A stretch of DNA of 64,000 nt from Prochlorococcus sp. AG-412-F02 (GCA_003214935.1 QCLA01000001.1:136492-200491); one strand, 5' to 3'. Counted from the stretch's first letter, positions 40,635-52,563 are shown. A program made the numbers and translations. Notes: generated by a model from the sequence alone, not told the origin.

Positions 40635-41704
40635 TTAACTATTTTTTTAATCTCATTTTTGGATTTCAATCCATTATTGTTTTTCATATTTTTTTTCATT
40701 AGATCTAATATTTCATAGTTATATTCTCCATTTTTTATTTTTAATTTAAAAATTCTTTTCAAAGTTTCTTCAAAAAATTCTTTAGAAATTTTGTTTTGAT
40801 TGATTAATACTGAACCTCCAATTTTAGCAAGAATCATTGCATTTTTCTCTTGATGATTATTTTTAGAATAGGGGTATGGAATTAAAATTGAAGGTTTTTC
40901 AGCTTGGATTAATTCATTAATTGTTCCTGATCCCGATCTTGATATAACAAGATCACAGTTTTGAATCAAAGCAGCTATTTCATCAGTAAATTCCATTTGA
41001 ACATAATTCTTAGACTTTTTCAGATGAAAAGATTGTTTATTATTTTCTCCAATAATATGAACTATTCGAAAATTTTCTTTAACCAAAAATTCTAAAGATT
41101 CATAAAGAATTTCATTTATAGCTTTTGCACCTTGACTGCCTCCCATAACAACTAAAAGAGGTCCTTCTCCTTCTGGAACCCATGCTGGTAAAAGATTATT
41201 TTTGTAGAATTGTTCCCTTAAAGGAGTGCCAGTAAAAATAGTTTTGCAATGTTTTAAATACGAATTTGTTTCTTTGAATCCAGTAAAAACATAGTTACAT
41301 AAAAATCCAAAATATTTAGTTACTATTCCTGGTATTAAATTTGATTCATGAATAATTACAGGTATCCTTAGAATCTTTGCAGCAAGAATTGTGGGGGCTG
41401 AGATATAACCTCCAGTAGTAAAAACTAGATTTATTTTTTTTGCTTTTAAAATCCTGATTATATTAAAAGTTGACATTAAAATATCTAAATATTGAAAAAC
41501 TATAAAAATATTTTTTTTTGGTGTATTAATATTTAAAGTCGAAAGATCATATTTGTGGGGAACAAAATTTGCATCAAGTCTTTTTCTAACCCCTAACCAA
41601 TGTATATTCCAATATTCTTCAAGATTTTTGCAAACAGCTAGAGCAGGGAAAATATGACCACCAGTTCCACTTGCTGCAACTAATAAATTATTTTCTGGAG
41701 ACAT
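40613..41704 (-). CDS. murG: Undecaprenyl-PP-MurNAc-pentapeptide GlcNAc transferase
   Basis: SGTGGHIFPALA, GGYIS, HESN, GGSQGA, SRSG, HQEKNA. Confidence 0.96.
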   Translation of the reverse strand: MSPENNLLVAASGTGGHIFPALAVCKNLEEYWNIHWLGVRKRLDANFVPHKYDLSTLNINTPKKNIFIVFQYLDILMSTFNIIRILKAKKINLVFTTGGYISAPTILAAKILRIPVIIHESNLIPGIVTKYFGFLCNYVFTGFKETNSYLKHCKTIFTGTPLREQFYKNNLLPAWVPEGEGPLLVVMGGSQGAKAINEILYESLEFLVKENFRIVHIIGENNKQSFHLKKSKNYVQMEFTDEIAALIQNCDLVISRSGSGTINELIQAEKPSILIPYPYSKNNHQEKNAMILAKIGGSVLINQNKISKEFFEETLKRIFKLKIKNGEYNYEILDLMKKNMKNNNGLKSKNEIKKIVNYFLKEF

Positions 41705-41745
41705 AAAAAAATAAATAAGTAGAATAAAAATATAAAATAGAGAAT

Positions 41746-42471
41746 ATGTTTAATTTAAACTCATTGAGGAATATAGGAATTCCTATCTATTTATTTATTT
41801 ATCTCATATTTCCTCATTCAGCAATAACCCAAACTACAAAAGTTGATTTAAGAAGAAATATAGAAAACGCATTAAATTCAAGAAATTTGAAATTCATCAA
41901 ACAAAGTTTTACAAATGAAGATAACCTAAAAATTACTAAAAAATTTTCAAAAATTCTTAAGGAATTCCCTGATAGCAAATGGAAAATTAAGAAATTAAAA
42001 TCTAATAATCCAAGTAAAGAAATTTATCAAATAAAAGTTATTGGGAAAAAACTAGTTCAGGGAGAAATATATATGCTTGAATCAAAGTTTAATTACTTAT
42101 TTTCAGCAGTAAATGGAAAAATAAACCAAGGTACTATAAAAAAATTATTTACTATAATCAGGTCCGATGATAAAAAGATTGATATTAGTTTTAGCATTCC
42201 TGATAAAGTTCTTACAGGTACAAAATATGATATAGATATAATACTAAACGAACCTCTTGAGGAAGTTATAATTGCAGGGGGTATAAAAGCTCATCAAGTT
42301 GAATCATTTTTAGAGCCAGAGATAGATCTAGAGGCATTAGTATCTGGGGGGATTTATAAAATGACCCGAGCCCCTTCAAAACCAGGAATACAAATATGGT
42401 CAGGAATAATAGCTCATCCCAAAGGTATAATAACTTTCACAAAAAGTATTGATATTGTTGAAAAGATATAA
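41746..42471 (+). CDS. Hypothetical exported protein
   Basis: N-terminal hydrophobic signal-like segment; P.KVLTG.KYD.D.I..EPL and GGIYK..RAP..PG motifs; divergent from murG. Confidence 0.7.
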   Translation: MFNLNSLRNIGIPIYLFIYLIFPHSAITQTTKVDLRRNIENALNSRNLKFIKQSFTNEDNLKITKKFSKILKEFPDSKWKIKKLKSNNPSKEIYQIKVIGKKLVQGEIYMLESKFNYLFSAVNGKINQGTIKKLFTIIRSDDKKIDISFSIPDKVLTGTKYDIDIILNEPLEEVIIAGGIKAHQVESFLEPEIDLEALVSGGIYKMTRAPSKPGIQIWSGIIAHPKGIITFTKSIDIVEKI

Positions 42472-42472
42472 A

Positions 42473-43681
42473 CTATGAATCTTTTAAAGCAGCTACTCCA
42501 GGCAAGCTTTTGCCTTCTAAAAGTTCTAAACTAGCTCCTCCTCCAGTGGAAATATGAGACATTTTTTCTGCCAACCCCGCTTTCTCTACTGCTGCTACTG
42601 AATCACCACCACCAATAATTGTACAAACTTCAGAAAAAGCACTTAAATCTGCAAGGGTTGTGGCTATGGCATTTGTACCTTCAGCAAATTTATCAAATTC
42701 AAACACTCCCATCGGACCATTCCAAATTATTGTCTTGCATTCTGCTAGAGCATTCTGAAAAACCTTAATTGACTCAGGTCCAATATCAAGTCCCATCCAA
42801 TCTCCACTGATTGAATCTATTTGAGAAACTTTACTTTCAGCGTCAGGAGAAAACTCATTTGCTAGTACTACGTCAGTAGGTAATAATAATTCAACCCCCT
42901 TTGCTTTTGCTTTTGCCTCTAAATTTTTTGCGAGCTCAAGTTTATCTTCTTCAACAAGACTCTTTCCTACATCTAGACCTCTAGCTTTATAAAAAGTAAA
43001 AATCATACCACCACCAATTATAATTTTATCGCATTTATCTAATAAAGAATCTAGAACTCCAATTTTACTGCTCACCTTTGATCCCCCAACGATTGCTGCT
43101 AATGGACGTTTTGGAGCATCTATTGCACCTTGTAAATATTTCAATTCTTTTTCCAAGAGAAATCCTGCAACTGATGGACTTAAAAAATTTGTAACTCCAT
43201 GAGTTGAAGCATGAGCCCTATGTGCAGCTCCAAAAGCGTCGTTTACATACATATCTGCATGCTCTGCTAAACTTTTCGCAAAATCTACGTTATTTTTTTC
43301 TTCTTCTGCATAAAAGCGAACATTTTCAAGCAATAAAACATCTCCGTTATTTAAGCTACTTGATTGTGAAATAGCTTCTTCCCCTATACAACTTTTAGTA
43401 AGAGGAACATCTTTTCCCAATAATTCACTCAATCTAGACGCTACTGGAGTTAATCTCATCTTTTCATTAACCTGACCTTTGGGCCTACCAAAATGGGCAG
43501 CTAATATAACTTTTGCTGAATTATTTATAAGATATTCAATTGTCGGTATTGCTGCTCTGATACGAGTATCATCAGTTATCTGACCACTTTCATTTAACGG
43601 AACGTTAAAATCAACCCTAACAAGAACTTTTTTACCTTCTAAATGTGTCTTATCAAGACTGGAAAGAGACAATTTCGACAT
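42473..43681 (-). CDS. pgk: Phosphoglycerate kinase
   Basis: [47 protein letters not shown]. Confidence 0.98.
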   Translation of the reverse strand: MSKLSLSSLDKTHLEGKKVLVRVDFNVPLNESGQITDDTRIRAAIPTIEYLINNSAKVILAAHFGRPKGQVNEKMRLTPVASRLSELLGKDVPLTKSCIGEEAISQSSSLNNGDVLLLENVRFYAEEEKNNVDFAKSLAEHADMYVNDAFGAAHRAHASTHGVTNFLSPSVAGFLLEKELKYLQGAIDAPKRPLAAIVGGSKVSSKIGVLDSLLDKCDKIIIGGGMIFTFYKARGLDVGKSLVEEDKLELAKNLEAKAKAKGVELLLPTDVVLANEFSPDAESKVSQIDSISGDWMGLDIGPESIKVFQNALAECKTIIWNGPMGVFEFDKFAEGTNAIATTLADLSAFSEVCTIIGGGDSVAAVEKAGLAEKMSHISTGGGASLELLEGKSLPGVAALKDS

Positions 43682-43896
43682 TTAATAATCCTTTTTTTTG
43701 ATCTAAAGACCCTAACGCTTATTTCAGCTTATTGGGTTAAAAATGAGTAACTGTTAACTTCGGCTTAATAAATTTTAAGAATTTAAGAATATAAATTTTA
43801 TATAACCTTTAATTTTTATACTAAAATTTGATGTAAGTGCTTTTGAAATTGATAATAATTAAAAGGGATACTAAAATTTTTATCTGATTTATTTAA

Positions 43897-44769
43897 GTGG
43901 ACATACCCAAAATTCAATGGTATCCAGGCCATATTGCTAAAGCAGAAAAGAAATTATCCGAAGTCATTAATAGAGTAGATTTAGTTATTGAAGTAAGAGA
44001 TGCAAGAATTCCTTTATCAACAGGTCATCCACATCTAAATAAATGGATCAACAACAAAAAACATATTCTTGTTATAAATAGATCAGACATGATCTCCCAA
44101 AATACAATAGATAGTTGGAATAAATGGTTTAAAAATAATGATGAATATCCTCATTGGTGCGATGCAAAGAGAGGTATTGGTATAAAAGAAATTTGCAAAT
44201 CTACAAAGGAATCTAGATTATCAATTGATAATAGAAGGCTCTCTAGAGGCATGAAAATTAGACCAATTAGGACTCTTACACTTGGTTTTCCTAATGTAGG
44301 GAAGTCAGCACTAATAAATAGAATTGCAAATAAAAGAGTTGTAGAAAGTGAAAGAAAAGCTGGAGTAACCAGGAATCTTAGATGGATAAGGCTAGATAGT
44401 GGTATAGACCTTCTAGATGCGCCCGGTGTTATACCACCAAATTTAGAGGATCAAAAGTCAGCACTAAATCTAGCACTATGTGATGATATTGGAGAAGCTG
44501 CTTATGAGATTGAAAGTGTCGCAATTGAATTTATCAAAATCATATCAAAATTAAACAAAGATAAAAATGCGAATATCTCATTAAAAAAAATATCAAATAG
44601 ATACGGAGTTGACATAACAAAAGGCTTTAATAATCCTTCTGAATGGATTAATTTAGCAGCTTCAAAACATACCTCAGGGGATACAAGAAGAATGGCTTAC
44701 AAATTATTAGAAGATTATAGAAATCAAATGCTTGGCAAAATTGCTTTGGAAGTACCAAAATGGAATTAA
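43897..44769 (+). CDS. ylqF: Ribosome biogenesis GTPase YlqF/RbgA
   Basis: IQWYPGH, EVRDARIP, GFPNVGKS, LLDAPG. Confidence 0.96.
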   Translation: MDIPKIQWYPGHIAKAEKKLSEVINRVDLVIEVRDARIPLSTGHPHLNKWINNKKHILVINRSDMISQNTIDSWNKWFKNNDEYPHWCDAKRGIGIKEICKSTKESRLSIDNRRLSRGMKIRPIRTLTLGFPNVGKSALINRIANKRVVESERKAGVTRNLRWIRLDSGIDLLDAPGVIPPNLEDQKSALNLALCDDIGEAAYEIESVAIEFIKIISKLNKDKNANISLKKISNRYGVDITKGFNNPSEWINLAASKHTSGDTRRMAYKLLEDYRNQMLGKIALEVPKWN

Positions 44770-45719
44770 ATAATTCAAATTCTTTTGGAATTGGAGAAGG
44801 AGAACTAATAGAGATTATTTATGAGCTAACTCTTCCTATGAGATTAGATAGATGGTTGGCAAGTAAAAGACCTGAACAAAGTAGAGCTAGAATACAACAT
44901 TTTATTAATTCAGGATTAGTTCTTGTTAACTATAAAACTGCTAAAGCCAAAACCCCTTTAAAAAATGGAGATAATGTACAAATTTGGATGCCGCCTCCAG
45001 AGCCTCTAATATACCTGAAACCTGAGAAAATGGATTTAGATATCCTGTTTGAAGACGAACATCTCATAGTAATCAATAAGCAATCAGGATTAATTGTTCA
45101 TCCAGCACCTGGACACAAATCAGGAACTTTAGTAAATGGACTGCTTTTTCACTGTAAAGATCTTCCTGGAATTAATGGCAAACTAAGACCTGGAATAGTC
45201 CATAGGTTAGATAAAGACACATCAGGGTGCATGGTTGTAGCCAAAAGCCAAGAGGCACTTGTCAATCTCCAAATACAAATAAAAGAAAAAGTCGCTTCCC
45301 GTGAATATATTGCTGTAATTCACGGTGTCCCTAATTCTTCAGAAGGACAAATAGTTGGACATATTGGTAGAGATAAACTAAATAGATTGAAATATAAAGT
45401 TGTTGATGAAAAGTCAGGAAGATATGCCTGTACTTATTGGAAATTAAAAGAAAGATTAGGCAATTACTCATTAATGAGTTTCAAATTAGATACAGGGAGA
45501 ACTCATCAAATCAGAGTACATTGTGCTCATATTAATCATCCTATTCTTGGTGATCCATTATATGGAAGATGTAAAAAACTTCCCTGCAAATTATCAGGTC
45601 AGGCTTTGCATGCTATTAAACTAGGGCTAATACATCCTATAAATGGGAAAGAAATGATATTTGAAGCAGAATTACCAATGGAGTTTAAAAAATTACTTAA
45701 TGTTCTAAAAGTTAACTAA
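44760..45719 (+). CDS. RluA/RluD-family 23S rRNA pseudouridine synthase
   Basis: S4-like RLD, GIVHRLDKDTSG, TGRTHQIRVH, GDPLYG. Confidence 0.93.
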   Translation: MELNNSNSFGIGEGELIEIIYELTLPMRLDRWLASKRPEQSRARIQHFINSGLVLVNYKTAKAKTPLKNGDNVQIWMPPPEPLIYLKPEKMDLDILFEDEHLIVINKQSGLIVHPAPGHKSGTLVNGLLFHCKDLPGINGKLRPGIVHRLDKDTSGCMVVAKSQEALVNLQIQIKEKVASREYIAVIHGVPNSSEGQIVGHIGRDKLNRLKYKVVDEKSGRYACTYWKLKERLGNYSLMSFKLDTGRTHQIRVHCAHINHPILGDPLYGRCKKLPCKLSGQALHAIKLGLIHPINGKEMIFEAELPMEFKKLLNVLKVN

Positions 45720-47310
45720 GATTCAAAGAGGTATTTATAAGAGATTTTGTATATTTGCTTTTACTGTTAGAAAAAATAGTGGAAGACATTCCCTCATCCA
45801 CTATCTTTCCATGATTCATTACGAGCAATCTATCACAGAATTTTTTTGCTACGCCCAAATCATGAGTTATAAAAATAATCGTTAAATTCATTTTTTCTTG
45901 CAACACTCTAAGTAATTCAAGGATCTCAATTTTTACTGATGCATCTAACATATTTATGCTTTCATCACAAATCAAAATTTTTGGCTTCAATAATAGCGCT
46001 CTCGCTAATGAAATTCTTTGCAATTGTCCACCAGATAATTGGTTGGGATAAGAATTTAAAAAGTCATTCTCAAATGGAAGATTTAAATTACTGAAAATTA
46101 ATTTTATCTCCTTTTCAATTTGTTTTTTATCTGATATTTTTTGTATACAAAAAATATCCTTCAAAACATTTTTAATTGTCATTTTAGGATTAAGACTTGA
46201 AAAAGGATCTTGAAAAATAATTTGAATATTTTTTTGTTTTTTATAAGATTTATTGTTTTTTGATTCAAGATTTTTATCATATATTTTTATTTCTCCTCCT
46301 CTAACTTTTATAAGCCCAATTAAAGCCCTACATAATGTACTCTTCCCACTCCCTGAAGAACCAACTATTCCAAGAGTCTCATTTTTATATAATTTAAAAC
46401 TGACTTCATTTAAAGCCTTATTCCATTTAGTACTAAATATTGAGGAATTTAATTTATACCAATGTCTTAAATTATTGACCTCTAAAACAACCTCATTTCC
46501 TAAATTATATTTAGTATTTGGCTCTAAAGCTATTTTCGAAGCATTAACTAATTTTATACCTATATCTGACTTTGGTGAGTGGAAAATATCTACTATATTT
46601 CCTTGTTCAACAATAGAACCCTTATCAATTATTGCAACTTTTTTACACCACTTTGCCGCAAGATTAATATCGTGACTTATTAGAATCAAAGTAGTGTCAT
46701 AAATATTGCACAAGTATATGATTTCCTTCATAATTTCAAAACTTGTTTTGGTGTCAAGACTGGTTGTAGGTTCATCAGCTATTAATAACTTTGGTTTTAA
46801 AGCTAACGCCATTGCAATCGATACTCTCTGTCTCATACCGCCACTAAATTGGTGAGGGAAAGAATCAAGTCTTTCATCGTCTATTCCAACTTTTCGAAAA
46901 ACTTCTTTTACTAATTCTTTAATAAGCGCTGATGATTTATTTTGATAATGGGTCTTAAATAATTCATTTAAATGATCCCCAACCTTCATTAATGGATTAA
47001 GTTTTTTTATGGAATCTTGATATATAAATCCAAAATTATTTCTTCTAAATAATTGCGATTCTTTATTATTTATTTTTCTAGGATCTAATCGAGCTAACGA
47101 AATATAACCTTGAGTAATTGCCTTTTCAGGCAACATATTTACTAATGTTTTTGCAAAAGTTGTTTTCCCACATCCTGAGGGACCTATTATTGCTAAATGA
47201 TCCCCTCTATTTATTTCAAGGCTAAAATTCTGAATTATGGGTTGCTGATTTAAACCATATTTAACAGTAAGGTTTTTGACTTCAAGAATTTTTTCTTTTT
47301 TTATTTCCAT
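45712..47310 (-). CDS. ABC transporter ATP-binding protein with two NBDs (DppD/DppF-like)
   Basis: GPSGCGKT/FSGGMRQR/IADEPT and GSSGSGKS/LSGGQLQR/ICDES; ATG 47310 avoids overlap with spoT. Confidence 0.92.
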   Translation of the reverse strand: MEIKKEKILEVKNLTVKYGLNQQPIIQNFSLEINRGDHLAIIGPSGCGKTTFAKTLVNMLPEKAITQGYISLARLDPRKINNKESQLFRRNNFGFIYQDSIKKLNPLMKVGDHLNELFKTHYQNKSSALIKELVKEVFRKVGIDDERLDSFPHQFSGGMRQRVSIAMALALKPKLLIADEPTTSLDTKTSFEIMKEIIYLCNIYDTTLILISHDINLAAKWCKKVAIIDKGSIVEQGNIVDIFHSPKSDIGIKLVNASKIALEPNTKYNLGNEVVLEVNNLRHWYKLNSSIFSTKWNKALNEVSFKLYKNETLGIVGSSGSGKSTLCRALIGLIKVRGGEIKIYDKNLESKNNKSYKKQKNIQIIFQDPFSSLNPKMTIKNVLKDIFCIQKISDKKQIEKEIKLIFSNLNLPFENDFLNSYPNQLSGGQLQRISLARALLLKPKILICDESINMLDASVKIEILELLRVLQEKMNLTIIFITHDLGVAKKFCDRLLVMNHGKIVDEGMSSTIFSNSKSKYTKSLINTSLNLS

Positions 47311-47365
47311 GATTTTATAGCAAATTTTTCTAGTCCTAAATAAAATAAACTTAAAGCGATATAAA

Positions 47366-49675
47366 ATGTCTGAGGCAGCTTCAAATTCAAAAGAAATTAA
47401 AGAAATTGAAGTTTCCAAAACCATTTTGCCTGAAAATAAAATTTTTGAAAGTGAATCTTTGAAGTATGAGATAAATATTCCAGATTGGCTTATTGAAAAT
47501 ATCGATAATTACGAAAAATCAAACAATATAAATGATGAAGGTGAAAACCTTATTGTAAAGGCCTTTAAGATTGCTTATAAAGCACATGATGGACAATTAC
47601 GCGCTAGTGGAGAGCCTTACATAATTCATCCAATAGCTGTTGCAGATCTTCTAAAAGAAATAGGTGCTGGTTCATCTGTAATTGCTGCAGGACTTTTACA
47701 TGATGTAGTTGAAGATACAAGTGTTGAACTATCTGAAATAGAAACAGCTTTCGGTTTAGAAGTAAAAGTCCTGGTAGAAGGTGTAACTAAATTAGGAGGA
47801 ATTCACTTTAATAATAGGACTGAAGCACAAGCAGAAAATCTTAGAAAAATGTTTTTGGCTATGGCCAGCGACATAAGAGTTGTCTTAGTAAAACTTGCAG
47901 ATCGACTTCATAATATGAGAACAATCGAATGGCTGAATGATGAGAGGAAACAACGAATTGCTAGAGAAACAAGAGAGATTTATGCACCTTTGGCCAATAG
48001 ATTAGGAATAAATAGATTTAAATGGGAATTAGAAGATTTAGCATTTAAATTCCTTGAGCCAACAGAATATAAAGATTTAAAAGATCAAATCGCTGTTAAA
48101 AGAAGTGATAGGGAAACAAGATTAAAAGTAACTTTAAATCTTATGAAGGAAAACTTAGTCTCAGCAGGTTTAAACAACTTTGAAATAACTGGGAGACCTA
48201 AACACCTCTATGGTATTTGGAGTAAAATGGAAAGACAACAAAAGCAGTTTCAAGAAATTTACGATGTTGCTGCTCTAAGAATTATTGTTGATAATTCAGA
48301 TAGTTGTTATAGAGCATTAGCAGTTGTTCATGATACTTTTAAACCAATTCCAGGCAGATTTAAAGACTATATAGGATTACCAAAACCTAATGGATATCAA
48401 TCCCTACATACTTCTGTTATTGGGAGACATCGACCTATTGAAATTCAAATAAGAACTTCTTCTATGCATCAAATTGCAGAATATGGTATTGCTGCTCATT
48501 GGCAATATAAGGAGGGTGGTTCTCCTGCCACAAGTAATGTCGAAAGATTTAATTGGCTAAGGCAATTAGTGGAATGGCAAAAAGAAGGAAATGACGGGGA
48601 TCATAATGATTATTTAGCATCAATTAAAGAGGACTTATTTGATGAGGAAGTATTTGTAATTACACCTAAAGGAGATGTTGTAGGCTTAAGAAAAGGATCT
48701 ACTGCAATAGATTTCGCCTATAGAATTCATTCTGAGATTGGAAATCACTGTAATGGAATACGAATTAATGAAAAACTTTCTCCATTATCAACATTATTGA
48801 AAAATGGAGACTTTATAGAAATTCTGACAAATAATAATGCCACTCCAAGTTTGGATTGGTTGAACTTTGTAGTTACTCCAACTGCTAAAAATAGAATTCG
48901 CCAATGGTATAAAAAAAGTCATAGGGATGAAACTATTAAAAGAGGTAGAGAGTTGCTCGAAAAAGAAATAGGTCGTAATGGTTTTGAATCATTACTATCA
49001 AGTGATGCAATGAAAAAAGTTGCCAATCGATGTAATTTAAAAACACCAGAAGATCTCTTAGCATCACTTGGTTTTGGTGGATTAACTTTGCATCAAGTAT
49101 TAAATAGATTAAGAGAAGAGATAAAATTAAATACAGAAGATATAAAAAATGAATCTAATTCTGAAATAGCAAAAACCCTAAAAAGGAAAAATGATTTATC
49201 AAATAATAAATCCTTTGCAAGAAGTCAATCGCCTATTTCTGGGATAGAAGGTCTTGATTACAGAATTGGTAAATGTTGTAGCCCGCTTCCTGGTGAAGAA
49301 ATAATTGGAACTGTATCATTAGGTAACCATGGAATTACTATTCATAGCAGAGATTGTGATAATGTCTTGCAAATTCCTATAGAGAGAAGATTACCCGTCA
49401 AATGGAATAAAGAAAATAACACAAACGATAATAAGTTTCCAATCCAACTTAGAATAGAAGTCATTGATAGAGTTGGTGTTCTTAAAGATATTCTTATGCG
49501 TCTATCTGATAAAGGTATCAACGTTAGCGATGCAAACGTTAAAACAGCTGAAGGAAAACCAGCCATTATAAAACTATGCGTAGGTCTAGAAAATTATAAT
49601 CAACTGCACAAAACCATGGATCAAATTAAATCTATGGCAGATGTTTTAGATATTGCAAGAGTAGGTGACAGTTAA
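47366..49675 (+). CDS. spoT: Bifunctional (p)ppGpp synthetase/hydrolase Rel
   Basis: HD domain (HP, LLHDVVED), RPKH, RFKD, YQSLHT, EIQIRT, TGS, CC-x-P and ACT domains. Confidence 0.96.
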   Translation: MSEAASNSKEIKEIEVSKTILPENKIFESESLKYEINIPDWLIENIDNYEKSNNINDEGENLIVKAFKIAYKAHDGQLRASGEPYIIHPIAVADLLKEIGAGSSVIAAGLLHDVVEDTSVELSEIETAFGLEVKVLVEGVTKLGGIHFNNRTEAQAENLRKMFLAMASDIRVVLVKLADRLHNMRTIEWLNDERKQRIARETREIYAPLANRLGINRFKWELEDLAFKFLEPTEYKDLKDQIAVKRSDRETRLKVTLNLMKENLVSAGLNNFEITGRPKHLYGIWSKMERQQKQFQEIYDVAALRIIVDNSDSCYRALAVVHDTFKPIPGRFKDYIGLPKPNGYQSLHTSVIGRHRPIEIQIRTSSMHQIAEYGIAAHWQYKEGGSPATSNVERFNWLRQLVEWQKEGNDGDHNDYLASIKEDLFDEEVFVITPKGDVVGLRKGSTAIDFAYRIHSEIGNHCNGIRINEKLSPLSTLLKNGDFIEILTNNNATPSLDWLNFVVTPTAKNRIRQWYKKSHRDETIKRGRELLEKEIGRNGFESLLSSDAMKKVANRCNLKTPEDLLASLGFGGLTLHQVLNRLREEIKLNTEDIKNESNSEIAKTLKRKNDLSNNKSFARSQSPISGIEGLDYRIGKCCSPLPGEEIIGTVSLGNHGITIHSRDCDNVLQIPIERRLPVKWNKENNTNDNKFPIQLRIEVIDRVGVLKDILMRLSDKGINVSDANVKTAEGKPAIIKLCVGLENYNQLHKTMDQIKSMADVLDIARVGDS

Positions 49676-49694
49676 TTCTGATTAAAAAATAAAT

Positions 49695-50138
49695 CTAACT
49701 TTTATTGTTTATTTTATATAGCCATAGAACAATAACCCCTGCAATACAAGCTAATGATAATCCAACAACAGATGAGCCTAAGAGTAATTTTATTGAAAAA
49801 ATACTACCTTGTTCCCATAGATCATGAATACCCAAATTCCTGTCAATATTAATATTAGTTGAATTGCTTATGAAGATTGAACCAACTTTATAATTAAAAT
49901 AATAAAGGGGTATATAAGTAAAAGGGTTGCTAATCCAAGTTCCAATTGCAGCTAGAACAATATTCCCTTTCGCTAGTTTTGCAAAAAATACACCTAATAA
50001 AGTCTGAAACCCAAAGAAAGGAAAGCAGCCACTAAATACGCCTATAGCTAAACCTTTAGCATTAAAGCTAGGGCTCCCATTCTGTTGCCTAAATAATGAT
50101 AGAATTTTTTTATAGTTAATATATCTTTTAGATCTCAT
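49695..50138 (-). CDS. DUF2062-family membrane protein
   Basis: GSP...A.G.AIGVF.G.FP.FG.QT and GTWISNPFT..P.Y motifs. Confidence 0.85.
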   Translation of the reverse strand: MRSKRYINYKKILSLFRQQNGSPSFNAKGLAIGVFSGCFPFFGFQTLLGVFFAKLAKGNIVLAAIGTWISNPFTYIPLYYFNYKVGSIFISNSTNINIDRNLGIHDLWEQGSIFSIKLLLGSSVVGLSLACIAGVIVLWLYKINNKS

Positions 50139-50203
50139 TGAGAAAGAAAATTCAGAATTAAATTCTTGATAATACTACTTAATCATCTATAACAAAGCGA
50201 GAG

Positions 50204-51586
50204 ATGGATTCGATAGTTACTACAGAAGATACAATAGCTGCAATTGCTTCAGCTATAAGTATAGGTAAAGGAGGAGTTGCAATAATAAGAGTATCTGGAA
50301 AAGACTCAATAAATTCTTGCAAAAAGATTGTTAAAACTAAATCTAAATATGCATGGGAATCGCATAGAGTTTTTCACGGTTTTATTCAGGGCAATAGACA
50401 AAATGAATTTATAGATGAGGTTTTAATTTTAGTAATGAAATCTCCAAATAGCTTTACTGGAGAGGATGTTGTTGAATTACATTGCCATGGAGGGATAATT
50501 TTAGTAAATAAAGTTCTTAAAATATTATTATCTACTAATTCTCAAGTTAGACTTGCAAATCCAGGAGAATTTAGTCAAAGAGCTTTTCTAAATGGGAAAA
50601 TAGATCTCACTCAAGCAGAATCAATTAATCAATTAATTAACGCAAACAATATAAGATCAGCAGAGTTAGCTTTTAGCGGGGTTCAAGGAGAAATAAAGAA
50701 AACAATTGATGATATAAAAAATGACCTTATCAATGAGCTGTGCGAAATAGAAGCAAGAGTTGATTTTGATGAAGACTTCACAGATTTTGATTACACCAAA
50801 TATCTTACAAACATTAAAAAAGTAAAAGAAAAAATAAAATTACTTATAGAGAATGCAAAAAGAAATTCCTATATTCATAATGGAATATCTATTGCTCTTA
50901 TTGGTAAAACAAATGTAGGCAAAAGCTCTTTACTAAATATGCTTGCAAAAAAAGAGAAAGCGATCGTGACTAATATTCCGGGGACAACTAGAGATGTTAT
51001 TGAAGTGAATTTAACTATAAATGATATCCCAATGAAAATAATAGATACTGCTGGCATAAGAGAGACTCATGAACAAATTGAAAGTATTGGAATTAAAAAA
51101 AGTTTTGGAATAATTAAAGAGTCAGATTTTATAATTTATCTTTATAGTCTTGAAGAAGGATTTAATGAAGAAGATGAGAAAATAATAAAAGCAATACCCA
51201 AACAAAAATTAATTACTATTTTGGGAAATAAAAAAGATTTAATTGATTCAAAAAATATAAATCCAAATAATTGGAAAAATACAATTCTTATGAGCATTAA
51301 AAATAATGATGGAGAAAGATTATTAATTGATAAAATTATAAAAAGATGCGGATTAAAACAAGTAGAAAATATAAATATATTTTTAAACGAAAGACATTTA
51401 ACTAATTTAAGTGCTTGCCTATCTAATTTAAATGATACTGATCAAATAATTAAAAATAAATTACCATTTGATTTATTATCAATAGAATTGAGAGATGGTA
51501 TAAAAAACTTATCTAAAATAACTGGTCAAGAATTAACAGAAGAACTTCTAGATAATATTTTTTCTAAGTTTTGTATTGGTAAATAA
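50204..51586 (+). CDS. mnmE: tRNA modification GTPase MnmE
   Basis: [42 protein letters not shown]-terminal FCIGK. Confidence 0.98.
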   Translation: MDSIVTTEDTIAAIASAISIGKGGVAIIRVSGKDSINSCKKIVKTKSKYAWESHRVFHGFIQGNRQNEFIDEVLILVMKSPNSFTGEDVVELHCHGGIILVNKVLKILLSTNSQVRLANPGEFSQRAFLNGKIDLTQAESINQLINANNIRSAELAFSGVQGEIKKTIDDIKNDLINELCEIEARVDFDEDFTDFDYTKYLTNIKKVKEKIKLLIENAKRNSYIHNGISIALIGKTNVGKSSLLNMLAKKEKAIVTNIPGTTRDVIEVNLTINDIPMKIIDTAGIRETHEQIESIGIKKSFGIIKESDFIIYLYSLEEGFNEEDEKIIKAIPKQKLITILGNKKDLIDSKNINPNNWKNTILMSIKNNDGERLLIDKIIKRCGLKQVENINIFLNERHLTNLSACLSNLNDTDQIIKNKLPFDLLSIELRDGIKNLSKITGQELTEELLDNIFSKFCIGK

Positions 51587-51669
51587 ATTTGAGTTAAATT
51601 ACATATTGAGATATAGTGAATTCTCATAGTTAAGTTGAATTTTTATTAATTAATTATTGATTTATTTTA

Positions 51670-52536
51670 GTGGATTTAAATACTCCAATAATAAGTAAGA
51701 TCATTGATAATTGGATCAATGAAGATATAGGTAAAGGAGATCTAACAAGTTCTTCTATTACAAAAGAAAATGGTAATGCCTATTGGATTGCAAAAGAAGA
51801 AGGTATATTTTGTGGTGTGGAAATTATAAAAGAAATTTTTAAAAAAATTGATTTAAAAATCAGTTCTAGATTTAATATCTCTGATGGAGATAAATTTGTT
51901 AAAGATCAAAAACTACTAGAATTATATGGACCTTCAAAAAGTTTATTATCTAGTGAAAGGATAAGCCTAAATATAGCAATGCATTTATCTGGAATATCTA
52001 CCCATACAAATAATCTTGTAAATAAGTTAGAAGGTACAAATATAAAATTGGCAGATACTAGAAAAACAACTCCTGGCTTAAGAATATTTGAAAAATATGC
52101 ATTCAAATGCGGAGGTGGAGTAAATCATAGAATGGGATTATACGATGCAGCGATGATAAAAGAAAATCATATTGGATGGACGGATAATCTTAAAAATGCA
52201 GTAAAAAAAATTAGAATAAATTCGCCTTTTACGACTCATATCATAATTGAAGCTGAGAATATTAAACAGGCCAAAGAAGCAGTATTGGCAGGTGCAGATA
52301 GTGTCTTATTAGATGAACTGAGTCCTGAAACAATTAAGAAAGCTGTTGAAGAATTAAGGAATTTATCAATTAATAGTGTAAAAAAAGAAGTCAACAAAAA
52401 TTTGATTATAGAAGTTTCTGGAATAAACCCTAAAGAAATTAGTAAATATCTAATAAAAGGTATCGATTTGATTTCAACAAGTTCTTCAATTACCAAAAGT
52501 AATTGGATTGATTTAAGTATGCGCTATATTAATTAA
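51670..52536 (+). CDS. nadC: Nicotinate-nucleotide pyrophosphorylase (carboxylating)
   Basis: EDIG.GDLT, DTRKTTPGLR, NHRMGLYD..MIKENH. Confidence 0.96.
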   Translation: MDLNTPIISKIIDNWINEDIGKGDLTSSSITKENGNAYWIAKEEGIFCGVEIIKEIFKKIDLKISSRFNISDGDKFVKDQKLLELYGPSKSLLSSERISLNIAMHLSGISTHTNNLVNKLEGTNIKLADTRKTTPGLRIFEKYAFKCGGGVNHRMGLYDAAMIKENHIGWTDNLKNAVKKIRINSPFTTHIIIEAENIKQAKEAVLAGADSVLLDELSPETIKKAVEELRNLSINSVKKEVNKNLIIEVSGINPKEISKYLIKGIDLISTSSSITKSNWIDLSMRYIN

Positions 52537-52563
52537 TTATATAGAACAATAATTGAATAATAA

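Noticed and set aside
43682-43896. Gap between pgk and ylqF as a hidden gene or remnant
   Set aside because: Very AT-rich with no credible ORF; consistent with divergent promoters
47311-47424. N-terminal extension of the ABC ATPase in the ORF track
   Set aside because: Would overlap the spoT start on the opposite strand; ATG 47310 gives a normal NBD N-terminus
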